Source: Podarcis erhardii (Eukaryota). Taken from it: DNA of 64,000 nt. Of the stretch, positions 1 to 12,284 are shown piece by piece (within the stretch, counting starts at the first letter, position 1; the number at the start of each line of letters is the position of its first letter). The position numbers and the translations under genes are program-made. The notes beneath the pieces were generated by a model, which was given only the letters and a program-made list of their open reading frames with translations, was not told the origin of the DNA and did no database searches. Location of the stretch: the NCBI GenBank assembly GCA_964252035.1, contig OZ176203.1. One strand, 5' to 3'.

Positions 1-1074
1 TACAATAATGGTCATATGATCGGCCTGACTGAAATCCAGAACAAATAATTTCATCTATGACAATTATATCAAAAGAAATCATGTAAACCTTTCATCCAGA
101 GTTGTGTTACTGGTATATGTATAAGTACATGACTAGATTTTTGCAGACTTCCATCCATCAAGGGACATTTACATTCTTTTCTTCAGTCCCTGCCCTTGCC
201 CCCATTAGTTGATAGGCTCTTGCCTATTCCCCATAATCAAGACTGCTGAACTGATAGCAATATCATGTTTTAGAAGTTGTCTGCTCTTAATCTAATTTCC
301 TTCTTATTAAAAATGGAAAACACTGAAACTAGAAAAGCTCATTTGTAATAAGATTTTATTCTAGTACAATGGTATTAGATATGCTATTAAGATAGATTGT
401 CTAATTAAAAGGAATGCATTTGATTGAATAATTTTTTTAATTATACTAAACAGAATCAATTTAACCTTTTAACTTCAGCTGCTTAATTGAATAGTAACAG
501 GCATTGAGATGAACATGACCAGTTATGCTTTAATTTCAGGGCAAGAAAATTAATTCCACTATGGAGGAAAATAATTCATTTACATATTCAGAACAACTTT
601 GAAAAATGGGAGGAGAGAAGATAAATATATTGGTCTGTATTCAGCTAAATAGTTGCATAAGCAGAAACCTATGCAAGGATTTCCACTAGCATAACGGGAC
701 TTTAACCTGATTGCTTAGGAAAAAAGATGTTTCATATGCCACTATCTTATAATGCATATGAGTTTTTAGAATGTTTTAACAGCATAAAGAGGTGTAGTCA
801 ACAGTACCTAACATTACACAAAAGAGAGAGGTTGGTTATCACTTCAGCTCCTTTAAGGGAGATGTACTGATACGTTTTGCTGGCATCTGTCTGTCTCAGG
901 AAATAAAACACAGTTATCAGAGGACATTTTTTAGTATTGGACTAGTGCGAATGGGATAATATGTATTCTCTAAGGAATCCAGAAGTCCTATCTTCAGCAA
1001 ATTAATATTCATTCACAGTGTTACTCAAGTCAAAAGAGCTTATACAGGAAAACAAAGTCATCTCTCTCATAGTA

Positions 1075-1316
1075 CAGTGGTACCTCGGGTTAAGTACTTA
1101 ATTCGTTCCGGAGGTCTGTTCTTAACCTGAAACTGTTCTTAACCTGAAGCACCACTTTAGCTAATGGGGCCTCCTGCTGCTGCCGCACCGTCAGAGCACA
1201 ATTTTTGTTTTCATCCTGAAGCAAAGTTTTTAACCTGAGGTACTATTTCTGGGTTAGCAGAGTCTCTAACCTGAAGCGTATGTAATCTGAAGCATATGTA
1301 ACCCGAGATACCACAG
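1075..1316 (+). mobile_element. Tigger/pogo-like (Tc1-mariner) MITE family A, copy 1, 242 bp
   Basis: TIR CAGTGGTACCTCGGGTTA, degenerate right TIR TAACCCGAGATACCACAG, TA on both flanks; four more copies in the window. Confidence 0.9.
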
Positions 1317-3560
1317 TATATGTTACAAATAAATAGCTGCTTTTTGAAAATATTGTAGACGAAATTGTAAGTGTGACTTTCTGGAACTAGCTATTTGCCC
1401 CTGTTACTTCTGGAAAGTAGAAACACTTAGAAAATGCATTTATATCGCAATCTAGCTTTCTGTAAAAGGTCTTCTGAAATATATATTATGTCAGCAACTT
1501 TCCAATTCTCTTATGTACAGTAAAAAAAACCTTTAAATTATTCAATAGAACACTATTTATTTGACAGTGGTGGTGAACAATTCCCGCCCCATTAGAAAAA
1601 AATTATCATATGGTGAAAGTAATAAATGTAATATGGCAAAAGCATATACCACAGACATGTCTGCAATCTCCTTTTTATTAAATCTGACTGAAAACCTCTG
1701 TTCAGCTCAACATAATGTAACGTTCTTCTTAAGTTCTAGGCATGAATTTCAATGAACCCCTAATGAAAATGCCTGCTTGATTAGCTGAAAGTCTATCAAC
1801 CTTTTTAAATTCAGATCTTCTTAAAAAACACACACACACACCCTCTAGCTAAGCTCTCAACATAATAGAAGTGCAGAGAGAGGAAGGTAACATCTCACCG
1901 ATACCTTCTGTGTTGTGATTTTACCCATCACCTGCACTGAGATGCTTTTGGTGGTTTCAACACCGGGTGTGATTTGTGGTAGATGGTAGCTCCATGCCTA
2001 TGGAATGAGCTCCCATATCTATGTAAATACCTGGGACTTTCCCATCTGTCTGACATCCCACTGGGAAGGAAGAATAGCAACCAGATGAGGAAGACCCATG
2101 CTGTGGGCTTCACTCACATGGTTGTGGTGGTGTCTCTCACACATGCACCGCTTCAATATGGAATAGTGCCATGGGAAAATGGCTGTGTGAAGGAGTCCTC
2201 AAAAATGAAGGAAAGTTAATTACTTCCAGAGCTTGTGTGTACCAGAGATTTAAGGCATGCTGTCACTTTTGGTTTTTTATTATTATTATGATTCTACTAT
2301 GGACACGATAAAAACTGATAAAAAACTGTCCGTAACCTTGTAAAGTGTAGCTTCCTGCTGGATGTCCAAAGCACAGCCCTTTTTTGTAAGTAGGAGTTTC
2401 AGTAGGGACCTAAATAGTTCTCTTTGAGTTAAGTGATGGAACGCTGAGGAGATTCAGAGAAAGAGAATTAAAGACTTGAAAGAGGGAAGGCATCTGAGTA
2501 TTTGCATGTGACAGTAAGCTAAGTCTTAATAAACCATAATTTGCCCCATTATTCCTATTTTGCTGCTCCTCTGGTGTTAGCAGGTAAACAAATGATCGTT
2601 TAGTGTGATGTCCAAATCCAGGATCATGATTTTCTGCTCCCTGATCCATAAACCAACAACAAACCATGGTTTAAGACTAGCTAGCAAGTGTGAAGTTTGG
2701 GCAAAACAAACTATGATCTTGCGTTTGGACGTAACATTAAGCTATCCATGGTTTGTTTACACAGTATGATTTATTAAGCAAAGAACTATGGCTTATCATT
2801 ATATATGAACATCTTTTTTTAACAAGGTTTTCAATCCAAAATTTTTGCAGTAAGAAGTGGTTTTAACTTTATGCATCTATGTGTGACCTGACCTTAGAAA
2901 TGCTAGGAAAAGCCATATTTATTGCCTTGTGGGGAATTGGCAAGTTCCTTTGTGAATTAAAACATTTTCCTTTGGGTTCTCTAGGTAGAGTTCACATTTC
3001 CTTCAATCTGCAGAAGAGCGAAAGGTTTAATTTAATCTCTATCTGACATCTTACCTCCCCTGTTTGTTGCATCTTTTCAGCTGCCTTTTTCTTCTTTTTA
3101 AAGCCTTTTGGTAATTCCCACCCACCCCCTCTATCATGTAAAGATTAGTAATCGCAGCCACCAGCCACATCAGTGAAAGCAACAAAAGTGTCTGTGATTT
3201 GACCTTTATTCAGTAGAAAGGAGATGGTATTACACAGCAGTGTTTACATTATTGCAGTGGGATACTGAAGCCCCTGTGTTCGCTTTTAAATCAAGGAGCT
3301 TGAGCCAGGAGAGAGGAACTTATTTCAAAGGCTTTCCTTGATATATTTGAGGTTCTTTGTAAGTGTGTTTCACACATCAATTTCTTCCTTCATTTGAGTC
3401 TTCTCTTACCCCTTACCATTAAATCTTTCTCTGTCTGTCTTAGTCTGATTTGGCATTGTTTCCTACTTCCACTATCCAAGTCATGTTATATTCAAGGCTG
3501 AAAACATGCTACAAAAAGAAAGCTACAAAAAGAAAACATGCTACAAAAAGAGGAGGAGAT

Positions 3561-4707
3561 GTGTTGTTTAGTCGTTTAGTTGTGTCCAACTCTTCGTCAC
3601 CCCATGGACCAGAGCACGCCAGGCACTTCTGTCTTCCACTGCCTCCCGCAGTTTGGTCAGACTCATGTTTGTAGCTTCGAGAACACTGTCCAACCATCTC
3701 GTCCTCTGTCGTCCCCTTCTCCTTGTGCCCTCCATCTTTCCCAACATCAGGGTCTTTTCCAGGGAGTCTTCTCTTCTCATGAGGTGGCCAAAGTATTGGA
3801 GCCTCAGCTTCATGATCTGTCCTTCCAGTGAGCACTCAGGGCTAATTTCCTTCAGAATGGATAGGTTTGATCTTCTTGCAGTCCATGGGACTCTCAAGAG
3901 TCTCCTCCAGCACCATAATTCAAAAGTATAAATTCTTCGGTGATCAGCCTTCTTTATGGTCCAGCTCTCACTTCCATACATCACTACTGGGAAAACCATA
4001 GCTTTAACTATACGGACCTTTGTTGGCAAGGTGATGTCTCTGCTTTTTAAGATGCTGTCTAGGTTTGCCATTGCCTTTCTCCCAAGGAGCAGGCGTCTTT
4101 TAATTTCGTGACTGCTGTCACCATCTGCAGTGATCATGGAGCCCAAGAAAGTAAAATCTCTCACTGCATCCATTTCTTCCCCTTCTATTTGCCAGGAGGT
4201 GATGGGTCCAGTGGCCACAATCTTCGTTTTTTTGATGTTGAGCTTCAGACCATATTTTGCACTCTCCTCTTTCACCCTCATTAAAAGGTTCTTTAATTCC
4301 TCCTCACTTTCTGCCATCAAGGTTGTGTCATCTGTATATCTGAGGTTGTTGATATTTCTTCCAGCAATCTTAATTCCGGCTTGGGATTCATCCAGCCCAG
4401 CCTTTCGCATGATGAATTCTGCATATAAGTTAAATAAGCAGGGAGACAATATTACAGCCTTGCCGTACTCCTTTCCCAGTTTTGAACCAATCAGTTGCTC
4501 CATATCCAGTTCTAACTGTAGCTTCTTGTCCCACATAGAGATTTCTCAGGAGACAGATGAGTTGATCAGGCACTCCCATTTCTTTAAAAACTTGCCATAG
4601 TTTGCTGTGGTCGACACAGTCAAAGGCTTTTGCATAGTCAATGAAGCAGAAGTAGATGTCTTTCTGGAACTCTCTAGCTTTCTCCATACTCCAGCGCATG
4701 TTTGCGC
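3561..4707 (-). mobile_element. RTE-BovB LINE, 5'-truncated (about 1.15 kb), RT C-terminal half with one frameshift
   Basis: ORF pieces EKAREFQKDIYFCFIDYAKAFDCVDH...KGVRQGC and ILSPCLFNLYAE...NNLRYTDDTTLMAE...HGVTKSWTQLND. A +1 insertion lies near 4451, YADD has become YTDD, and there is a CAAC-type tail. Probable TSD AGGAGGAGAT (3551-3560) / AGGAAGAGAT (4708-4717). Confidence 0.93.
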
Positions 4708-4857
4708 AGGAAGAGATATAGTAGGCATTATGTGCTTTGCATTTGAAAGCTTCCAGGTTCAATTCCTGGAACCACTAGGTAAAGGATTTCTAGTGCAAGG
4801 CTGGGAAAGACGTGGAGGAGTAGATCACTGGTCTGACTCAGTAGGAGGTAGTTTTCT
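4708..4857 (+). mobile_element. Decayed copy of the tRNA-Ala-like SINE; the BovB copy appears to have inserted at its 5' end
   Basis: TGTGCTTTGCATTTGAAAG..CCAGGTTCAATTCCTGG...AAGGCTGGGAAAGAC...TGGTCTGACTCAGTAGGAGG matches the 11909-12093 element. Confidence 0.55.
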
Positions 4858-4989
4858 AAATTCAGAACCAAATTTGCTGGACCTGTTTGAGTTCATCTCT
4901 GGCATTATTTATGATGGCAGAACCAACACAAATAATTCCATTATACCAATTCACTTTTGGAGCATAGTTTGGAGCTCTCTGAAACAAAG

Positions 4990-5320
4990 TAACAACAATT
5001 TTATTATTTATATGCTGCCCATCTAACTGGGTTGCCCCAGCCACTCTGGGTGGCTTCCAACAAAATATTAAAGCACAAAAAACCTCAGACATGACAAACT
5101 TCTTCGTACAGCGCTGCCTTCAGATGTCTTCTAAAAGTCAGATAAGTCTATTTTGTTGACATCTAAAGGGAGGATGTTCCACAGGGCGGATGCGACTACC
5201 AAGAAGGCCCTCTGTCTGGTTCCCTGTAACTTCTCGCAACGAGCGAACCACAAGGCGGCCCTCAGAGCTGGATCAGTGTCCAGGCTGAACGATGGGGGTG
5301 GAGACGCTCCTTTATGTATA
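4990..5320 (-). mobile_element. L2 3' fragment (same family as 62767-64000), older
   Basis: Aligns by eye to 62790-63120 (CCCATCTxxCTGGG..CCCCAGCCACTCTGGG; encodes LQGTRQRAFLVVASALWNILP). Confidence 0.85.
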
Positions 5321-7092
5321 CACATACTTCAGAGCTGAATAAGGCTCTAAGCCAGAGGTTCGCACAACACACCTACACACTGCAGCCAAGACGCTACAGT
5401 GTCGTGACACACAGTTTGGAAAGCTCTGCTCTAAGCTCTGGAGGGTTGTTCTTGAGATCATTAGGATATGGCAAGGTCCTAAGGGCTTCTCTGCAAAGTG
5501 CCCTCTTCTGAACTAATCACCCTACCTAGCATATTAAGGTAGAAAATCAAAGAAAATCACAACCAGACTGGGAGGGGTGCAGACTGTAGGGAGGTTTCAG
5601 AAACTTTCATATGGAAGCATAAAATATCATTGCTGTTATAGCCGATTTTAAAGTGTCATATATATCATTTAACCAACATTTTAAATGCTAAATTAAACTG
5701 AATATTTATTTTACCAAGAACAGAATGAAAAATATAATTCTGTCTATCTTTTTGAAGGCAATTGCAAATAAAGGTGATATTGTTATTGTACGCATCAGGA
5801 GTTCAAAATGCATTTCAATATATTAGTTTGTTCTTCCAAAAGCTTCTCACTTCTTAACGCACACTTCTCCAGTGACCTTGGAAATGCAACATATTTCTTT
5901 GCCGTCTCTTCCAAATCCTTTGTTTCTAAAGACTTATTGCAATGTCGATCCACTGAAGACATTCAATCCGTTTCAGAAAGGCGACTTAATTACCTCCCTG
6001 CCAGACAAATGGCATGCTCTTCTTCAGGTTAGAATGTGTGGCAGCAGCATAGGGAACCTTATGTAATATTTAGTTGATGATTAATAGAAGGTTGCCTTTC
6101 AATCTCCTCAAAATCATTTCTTTAAAGATTTACTTGTAACACACTTGTAATTAAAATGTCTTGCTGAAGATACTTCCATGCTGTGTTTTTATCTCCTCTC
6201 TGTAGTTAACCTCCCATATTATTGTGTAGTTTTGTCTAGGATCAATTTTAATTATACATTTTATTTTTAAAAAAATAAGACGTCTTAATGGAAGACTGAA
6301 AGAAGAAGACTACTTCTACAGCTTTATTATATTATATACATGTGCATGTTGCAAAACTATGACAGCAGTTTTTGTTACAGATAGGCTACTTCAGGGGTGC
6401 CTAATTTCAGTAAAGAAATGGCTGAGGCCTTCCCTGTTCTCTACTGTGACCTCTGAGTTTGGTTTGCAGCAACCACCTTCTTTTCCTCATAGCTGCTACT
6501 TGATATGTTTTTTTTTTATTGAAGAAAAACGCACACATGCACACAAATATCTGGGGCCTGCGGCACATGTCCATGGTGAAAGAGACAATGGAAGCAAGAC
6601 TTTGTATTGGGCCTTGTCTCCTCTGGAACTGGCCCCATTAGGATATATTCAGAGCTAGCCAAGACACTGCTGAAAACATGACTTTACTACTGTAATCATT
6701 ACAGATTAGAGTTCTCAGTTAGAGAAGGGTCAGAAGAGACATAAAGTACAACTACTGAGGTGGATGGGAGGCCTGGGAGCCCTCAGCAAGCCACTCCAAA
6801 TTCATTGGATAAAGAGTGGGACATAAATGTTATTGCCTTCTATAGTCTTCCTGCTTTTACTGCACCCAACCCCATTCAAATTAACTGACTCCGCTTTCTG
6901 GATTGTACAAACTCTTAGTAACAAAATAAAACATTTCATTAAAAAAGAATCTTCAAATTAAAAAGAATGCCTAGGTTGTAAAGGGTTATCTTTTTTTGCT
7001 TTTCCTCTGACCAACAAATAGGATATTAAGAAGCTTAGCATGCAATTCACAATGCTCCATTATAAAACAACCTTTACTTTATTTTATTGTAG

Positions 7093-7185
7093 TTTGGTAC
7101 ATACCCTATAGAAGATCTCTTCAATGATTTTCAAGATGGACGAAGGCTCCTGGAGCTCCTGGAAGGTCTTACGGGCCAAAAGCTT
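7093..7185 (+). CDS. DMD: Dystrophin exon 3 (CH1 domain), 93 nt
   Basis: ttgtag|TTTGGT...AAGCTT|gtatgt. Translates [31 protein letters not shown] (human [31 protein letters not shown]). Confidence 0.97.
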
Positions 7186-7829
7186 GTATGTATACATGTT
7201 TTCAGCCAGAAGTAGTCCAGCAATCATATTTATGATATACCCACTATGGTTGTAACTGGATTTGACTCTTAGAGTGCATGAATTATATTGTGAAATTAAT
7301 ATTCATAGATCTCTGGTCCTTGAAAATCCCATTTTCTCTTTATGAAGCACTTTGAATTTTTACTGATTATAAGAACGTGAATTGAACCATAGGACTGGAA
7401 CATGTTAGGCTGAGCACCTAATAAAGTAGTATGACTGTATTGTGTACAATATAAAGTAGTGAATTTGGGGTTTTGTGGGGAACAGTTTCTTAAAACAGCA
7501 ACTCTTATTTGCCCTCCCCCACCAGACCTTGCTAGTCAAATACCCAGACAAAAATGGGAGGGGAAGATGGTGAATTAACCAAAAGCAGCAACAAGCTGTG
7601 TTTGTTCATGCAAATAGTTTTGAAACAAAATAGGGTACTGGAAGTTTCTGAATATATCAGTTGCAGGTCAGAAACAACCTCAAATTACTGAGCCCTCAAA
7701 GATCTGGGGAGAAATTTGAATAAGGAGCACTTAGGAAGAACCACAGCTTTGAATTCAAGCCTTAGACTGTCTCCAAACTATTTCTCTACCTCCTTAGTAA
7801 TTCAAATTGTACACATAAATGCATGAGGG

Positions 7830-7880
7830 TGATATTTATACCTTGCCCATCTGACTGGGTTGCCCTAGCCACTCTGGGGC
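7830..7880 (-). mobile_element. L2 extreme 3' fragment
   Basis: ATTTATACCTTGCCCATCTGACTGGGTTGCCCTAGCCACTCTGGG matches the L2 3' end seen at 62800-62840. Confidence 0.7.
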
Positions 7881-7978
7881 ACAACAGTAATAGTTAGAAG
7901 CTATTACCACTATTATAAGCCTGAGAGACACTTTTAAGGGTGCCACATCATGTTTGCTTTGCTTCTACAAGACATATA

Positions 7979-8257
7979 CAGTAGTGCCTCGCAAGATGAA
8001 ATTAATCCGTTCCGCGAGTCTCTTCGTCTTGCGGTTTTTTCGTCTTGAGAAGCACGGCTATTAGCGGCTTAGCGGGTATTAACGGCTTAGCGGCTTTAAG
8101 AAAAAGGAAACAAACTCGCAAGAACTCGCAAGACGTTTCGTCTTGCAAAGCAAGCCCATAGGGAAATTCATCTTGCGAAGCACCTCAAAAAACGGAAAAC
8201 TCTTTCGTCTAGCGAGTTTTTCGTCTTGCGAGGCATTCGTCTTGCGGGGCACCACTG
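7979..8257. mobile_element. Tigger-like MITE family B, 279 bp
   Basis: TIRs CAGTAGTGCCTCGCAAGA / TCTTGCGGGGCACCACTG; TA on both flanks; CpG-rich with internal CGTCTTGCG repeats. Confidence 0.85.
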
Positions 8258-9498
8258 TAACAGTTACTGTGTTGTGTTTAAGCTGTGGAGCTCCTTGCCT
8301 GTTAATATTATTAAGCAAGCACCATAAGTACTTTCTTTTAGACTCTTCGGCTTACATAGACCTTTTCTGATGTACAGCTCAGTCATTGGTTGTTGTGTTT
8401 CACTGTCCAGAAGTTGATGAAGTATTTCATGCTGTTTTATGAATGTGTCAAATTCACTGCCTAGATGCATTGAGTCTCTGCTGGTGCAATGCTTTCTGCT
8501 TGCACAGTGGAACATCACCTCTCTCTCCTCTCTCTGCACTTCCCCTGCACACCGTCTAAATCTGCCCTAGAGGGTTGGGGGGAATTCCTCAGAAGGAAAA
8601 GTTCCTTGGTGCAACCAAACATCCTCACACAAGCACTTGCTTGGATAGGGTCATTTGTTTGTTGTGTGGTGTATAAATCTATAAATCAATAGGTTAGTTG
8701 TCAGCATGGTCCACTGCATCTTTATACATAACTTCTTCTTTTTTAATCTAGTTGCTTCTTTTTCCCTGAGCAGACTGAGAACAGATAGTGGGAAGCTTGC
8801 ATGTTTCCCACAGAAAACTTAAAAAAAAGTTTTGTTTTGCTAGGCAAGAATGTTATTAAAATATAATTGCCATTAACTGTAGGCTTCCTTCAGTTAAAAT
8901 GATGGAAGGCATTCTTCCCCATTTCAGATCAAAGATGAAGCAGGGATAGTAGCTGAAGGTTATAACTCTAAATTTCAAAACTAGATTTTATAATAAAAGT
9001 TGTAGAAATATATATTTTATGCAGTGTCACAGCTCCTGACATTTTAAATCTTGTCGTGAATGTGAAATTACTAACACTGTGACAGAGTCTACAATAAAAG
9101 GGTTAACTGGGACTATTAGTAATCTATCACTCTCTTTTCTTTCAGCCATCACCCATTTTTATTGTGTTCATTTTTTTCACATAAGGATGCTCATATATTG
9201 TTAATATGGCAAACTTCAAATATATACTTGGAGAATATCATGTATGTTTAATGCTGGTAGCAGCCCTCAACTGGCCTTTTCTAAAGAATATCTGTTATAA
9301 TTAAAACAATCTGAATTTGTCGCACTGTTACCCTCATTCAGTAGGGCCATTGTAAAATGCCATAGAAAAATATACTACTGAAGTAAGGATTGACATTCTT
9401 TGGTATTTTAGGCTCTTCTGTGCTGTTTGTGTCTGTGAGACATTATTTTTATTTTTAATATATAATATTTACTTGTTTCTCACTATGCATATTCACAG

Positions 9499-9576
9499 GG
9501 TAAAGAAAGGGGCTCCACAAGAGTTCATGCCTTGAACAACGTCAACAAAGCACTACAAGTCCTTCAGAAAAACAAT
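9499..9576 (+). CDS. DMD: Dystrophin exon 4, 78 nt
   Basis: tcacag|GGTAAA...AACAAT|gtaagt. Translates [26 protein letters not shown]. Confidence 0.97.
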
Positions 9577-10304
9577 GTAAGTAAATATTTACATGGGTTC
9601 ATAACTCACATAGAGAGTTGAGAACTCAATAAACAGATATGAAAAATTGCTTCTGGAGTATGCTTTACAATAAATAAGATCCAATATAATCTCATGGGAT
9701 GCAGGAGATCAGAGTGCTAATCCCACATCAGGCATTATTTCAATAAATAGCCTTGAAGAAGCTGCTTGGTTGGATCCTGACTTGCGTTCAAATGTGTTTT
9801 GCTGGTGCTGGAAGTGACAAGTCTTCCTTCCTCCTGCAGCCACTTGTGCCTCTTGAGAAGCTTCTCTGGTGGTGTTGGAAGAGCCTTGAAAACAACATGG
9901 TTGATAGCATGGTGGGTGGGAATTGCAGAGGGAAGGAAGAATCGGTTAAAATTGCTGCCTTTCTGCCTTCCTCTGGTGGTAAGGCTCTATTGAAATTCAG
10001 TTCCAGGTGGGAAATGGAAGGAAGTTCATGCAGTAGCAAGTCTGGTTCCAACTCATTATCTCCAAACCTTGCTTTCCATCTGTAAATGTGCAGTGCCTCT
10101 AAAAGCCATAGAATGTGTTCTCCCTCTCAGATGAAATAATTTGCTGAAATATCAGTCTGTACTGGTGAACATATAAGAATTAATCTCCAGAATAAAACTA
10201 CTAGTAATACCCCTCTCTTGCTGTCTTGTTCAACTAGGGAATTGGAAAGTTCTACTGAATGAATATTCAAATAATTCAGTGATTTAAATCCCATGCTAAG
10301 GGGT

Positions 10305-10650
10305 TGTTGTTGTTGTTTAATCGTTTAGTCGTGTCCGACTCTTCGTGACCCCATGGACCAGAGCACACCAGGCACTCCTGTCTTCCACTGCCTCCCGCAG
10401 TTTGGTCAGACTCATGTTTGTAGCTTCGAGAACACTGTCCAACCATCTCATCCTCTGTCGTCCCCTTCTTCTTGTGCCCTCAATCTTTCCCATCATCAGG
10501 GTCTTTTCCAGGGAGTCTTCTCTTCTCATGAGGTAGCCCAAGTATTGGAGCCTCAGCTTCAGGATCTGTCCTTCCAGTGAGCACTCAGAGCTGATTTCCT
10601 TAAGAGTGGATACGTTTGATCTTCTTACAGTCCATGGGACTCTCAAGAGT
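10305..10650 (-). mobile_element. RTE-BovB 3' fragment, 346 bp
   Basis: Encodes RVPWTVRRSN...HGVTKSRTRLND with an (AAC)n tail; perfect 12-bp TSD ATGCTAAGGGGT (10293-10304 / 10651-10662). Confidence 0.93.
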
Positions 10651-11391
10651 ATGCTAAGGGGTACTCACTTATATAGCAGTATAGATCAATAGCTAGATTT
10701 AGTCATTTACAGTGTTGGTTTATTTCTATCATTACTTGTAATTCACCTGAAATGTGTGCAGTTTTGGACCTGGGAATGAATTTTCCTTATAAAAGGAATG
10801 ACAAATGAAACCAAGTTGGTTATTTTGAGTAGTTGATTCCTCAGTCTAGTACAGGTATGTCTCTGTTAGCTTCTCCTATTTGAAAGCTGAATGGGAAGCA
10901 TCTAAGAAAACTTTACAAGGCAGAGAAAGAAATGAGCCTATGTTAATTGCTGATGAAGTGGCTGGATTCCCATAAATATTATTTTCTGTTGTCATATGCA
11001 TTACTTTTTGTTTTTAATTATTGCAACATATGTTTATTTTGTGATATAATAATTGCATCCTTGCTAAGTGCAATTTCCTAAAATACCTGGTACTATTTGT
11101 TTTATGACAGATAATTATTTGATCAGGTTATGAAATATGTTCTGGATTGTTTACTTGCCACTAAAAGCTAAATAGTAGAAAATATGCAAACAAAACCACA
11201 TAGCCCTAATTTGATGTATTTATCAAATCCGTAGGTTTTAACAGGTTTGCTTATGTTTTATTCAGCAGCTGTTTCTTTTGCCCATTACTCTGGGAATGTA
11301 AACTCATTTAACTTCTATTTTAATGTTCATTGTTTTTGCATTTTATACATAATTTTATCTAAGTTTGCTTTGCCTTGCTTTGCTCTGACAG

Positions 11392-11484
11392 GTAGATCTG
11401 GTGAATATCGGCAGCACAGATATTGTGGATGGCAATCATAAACTGACTCTTGGATTGATCTGGAGTATAATTCTCCACTGGCAG
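11392..11484 (+). CDS. DMD: Dystrophin exon 5 (actin-binding site 2), 93 nt
   Basis: tgacag|GTAGAT...TGGCAG|gtgagt. Translates [31 protein letters not shown]. Confidence 0.98.
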
Positions 11485-11908
11485 GTGAGTCAGTCATTCA
11501 CAGAACATTTTTTGGATATATCCCTAATAATCAAGGGGTATATCTACTTTGTGTATTTCAGGTGGTGTTCAGTTTTGAATCCATCCTAATGTTTCAATGA
11601 GTGATAGAGAGAGGAAACAAGGAGACTGTTCTCTACTTAATTTTAGTGTCCAGGTTGAGTATTTGAGAAAAGTCAAGGAGGTCAGTGTCCTTTCAAAGCA
11701 TTACACAGTCATTTCATTGCAATACCAGACAAATTAATATTCAGAATACTGCAAAATACATTTCTAAGTCCAGTTCAGTGTACTGATGTATAAAGCTCTA
11801 AACTATTTGAGCCCAAATGTAAGAAGGAACACCCCTCTCCATGTTGACTGCCCCCTGCATTAAGACAACCCGAAACAGCCCTTCAGATCGCCCCATCACC
11901 AGGTGAAG

Positions 11909-12093
11909 TAGGAAGCTGCCTTATACTGAGTCAGACCATTGGTCCATCTAGCTCAGTATTGTCTACACAGACTGGCAGCAGCTCTCTACAGTTTCAGGCA
12001 AGAGTCTCCCACAGCTCCTACCTGGAGATGCCAGTAACTGAGCTTTTGACCTTCTGAATGTAAAGCAGATGTTCACCCTCTGAGCTACAACCC
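11909..12093 (-). mobile_element. tRNA-Ala-like squamate SINE
   Basis: Reverse complement reads GGGTTGTAGCTCAGAGGGTGAACATCTGCTTTACATTCAGAAGG...GGCATCTCCAGGTAGG...GATGGACCAATGGTCTGACTCAGTATAAGGCAGCTTCCTA. Confidence 0.75.
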
Positions 12094-12284
12094 AGAGTAC
12101 AGGGGGCAGTAGTGTGGGATAGAGCCTTCTCTCTGGTGGCAACCCGTCTCTGGAATGGCGTCTCTTCCGAGGGTTTGGTTTCAGTGACTTACGTTAAATG
12201 TGTAGCCTGTGTTTGTTTTCTTTCATGATGGCACAGTTCAGTAAATTTTCAGTGGAAATTCTTGGCCTCTTTGGGTATTGCAAA

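Noticed and set aside
3509-4600. Overlapping ORFs 3509-3835, 3580-3831, 3653-3931 and 4130-4600
   Set aside because: Alternative-frame or antisense shadows of the BovB RT; the same peptides recur at every BovB copy.
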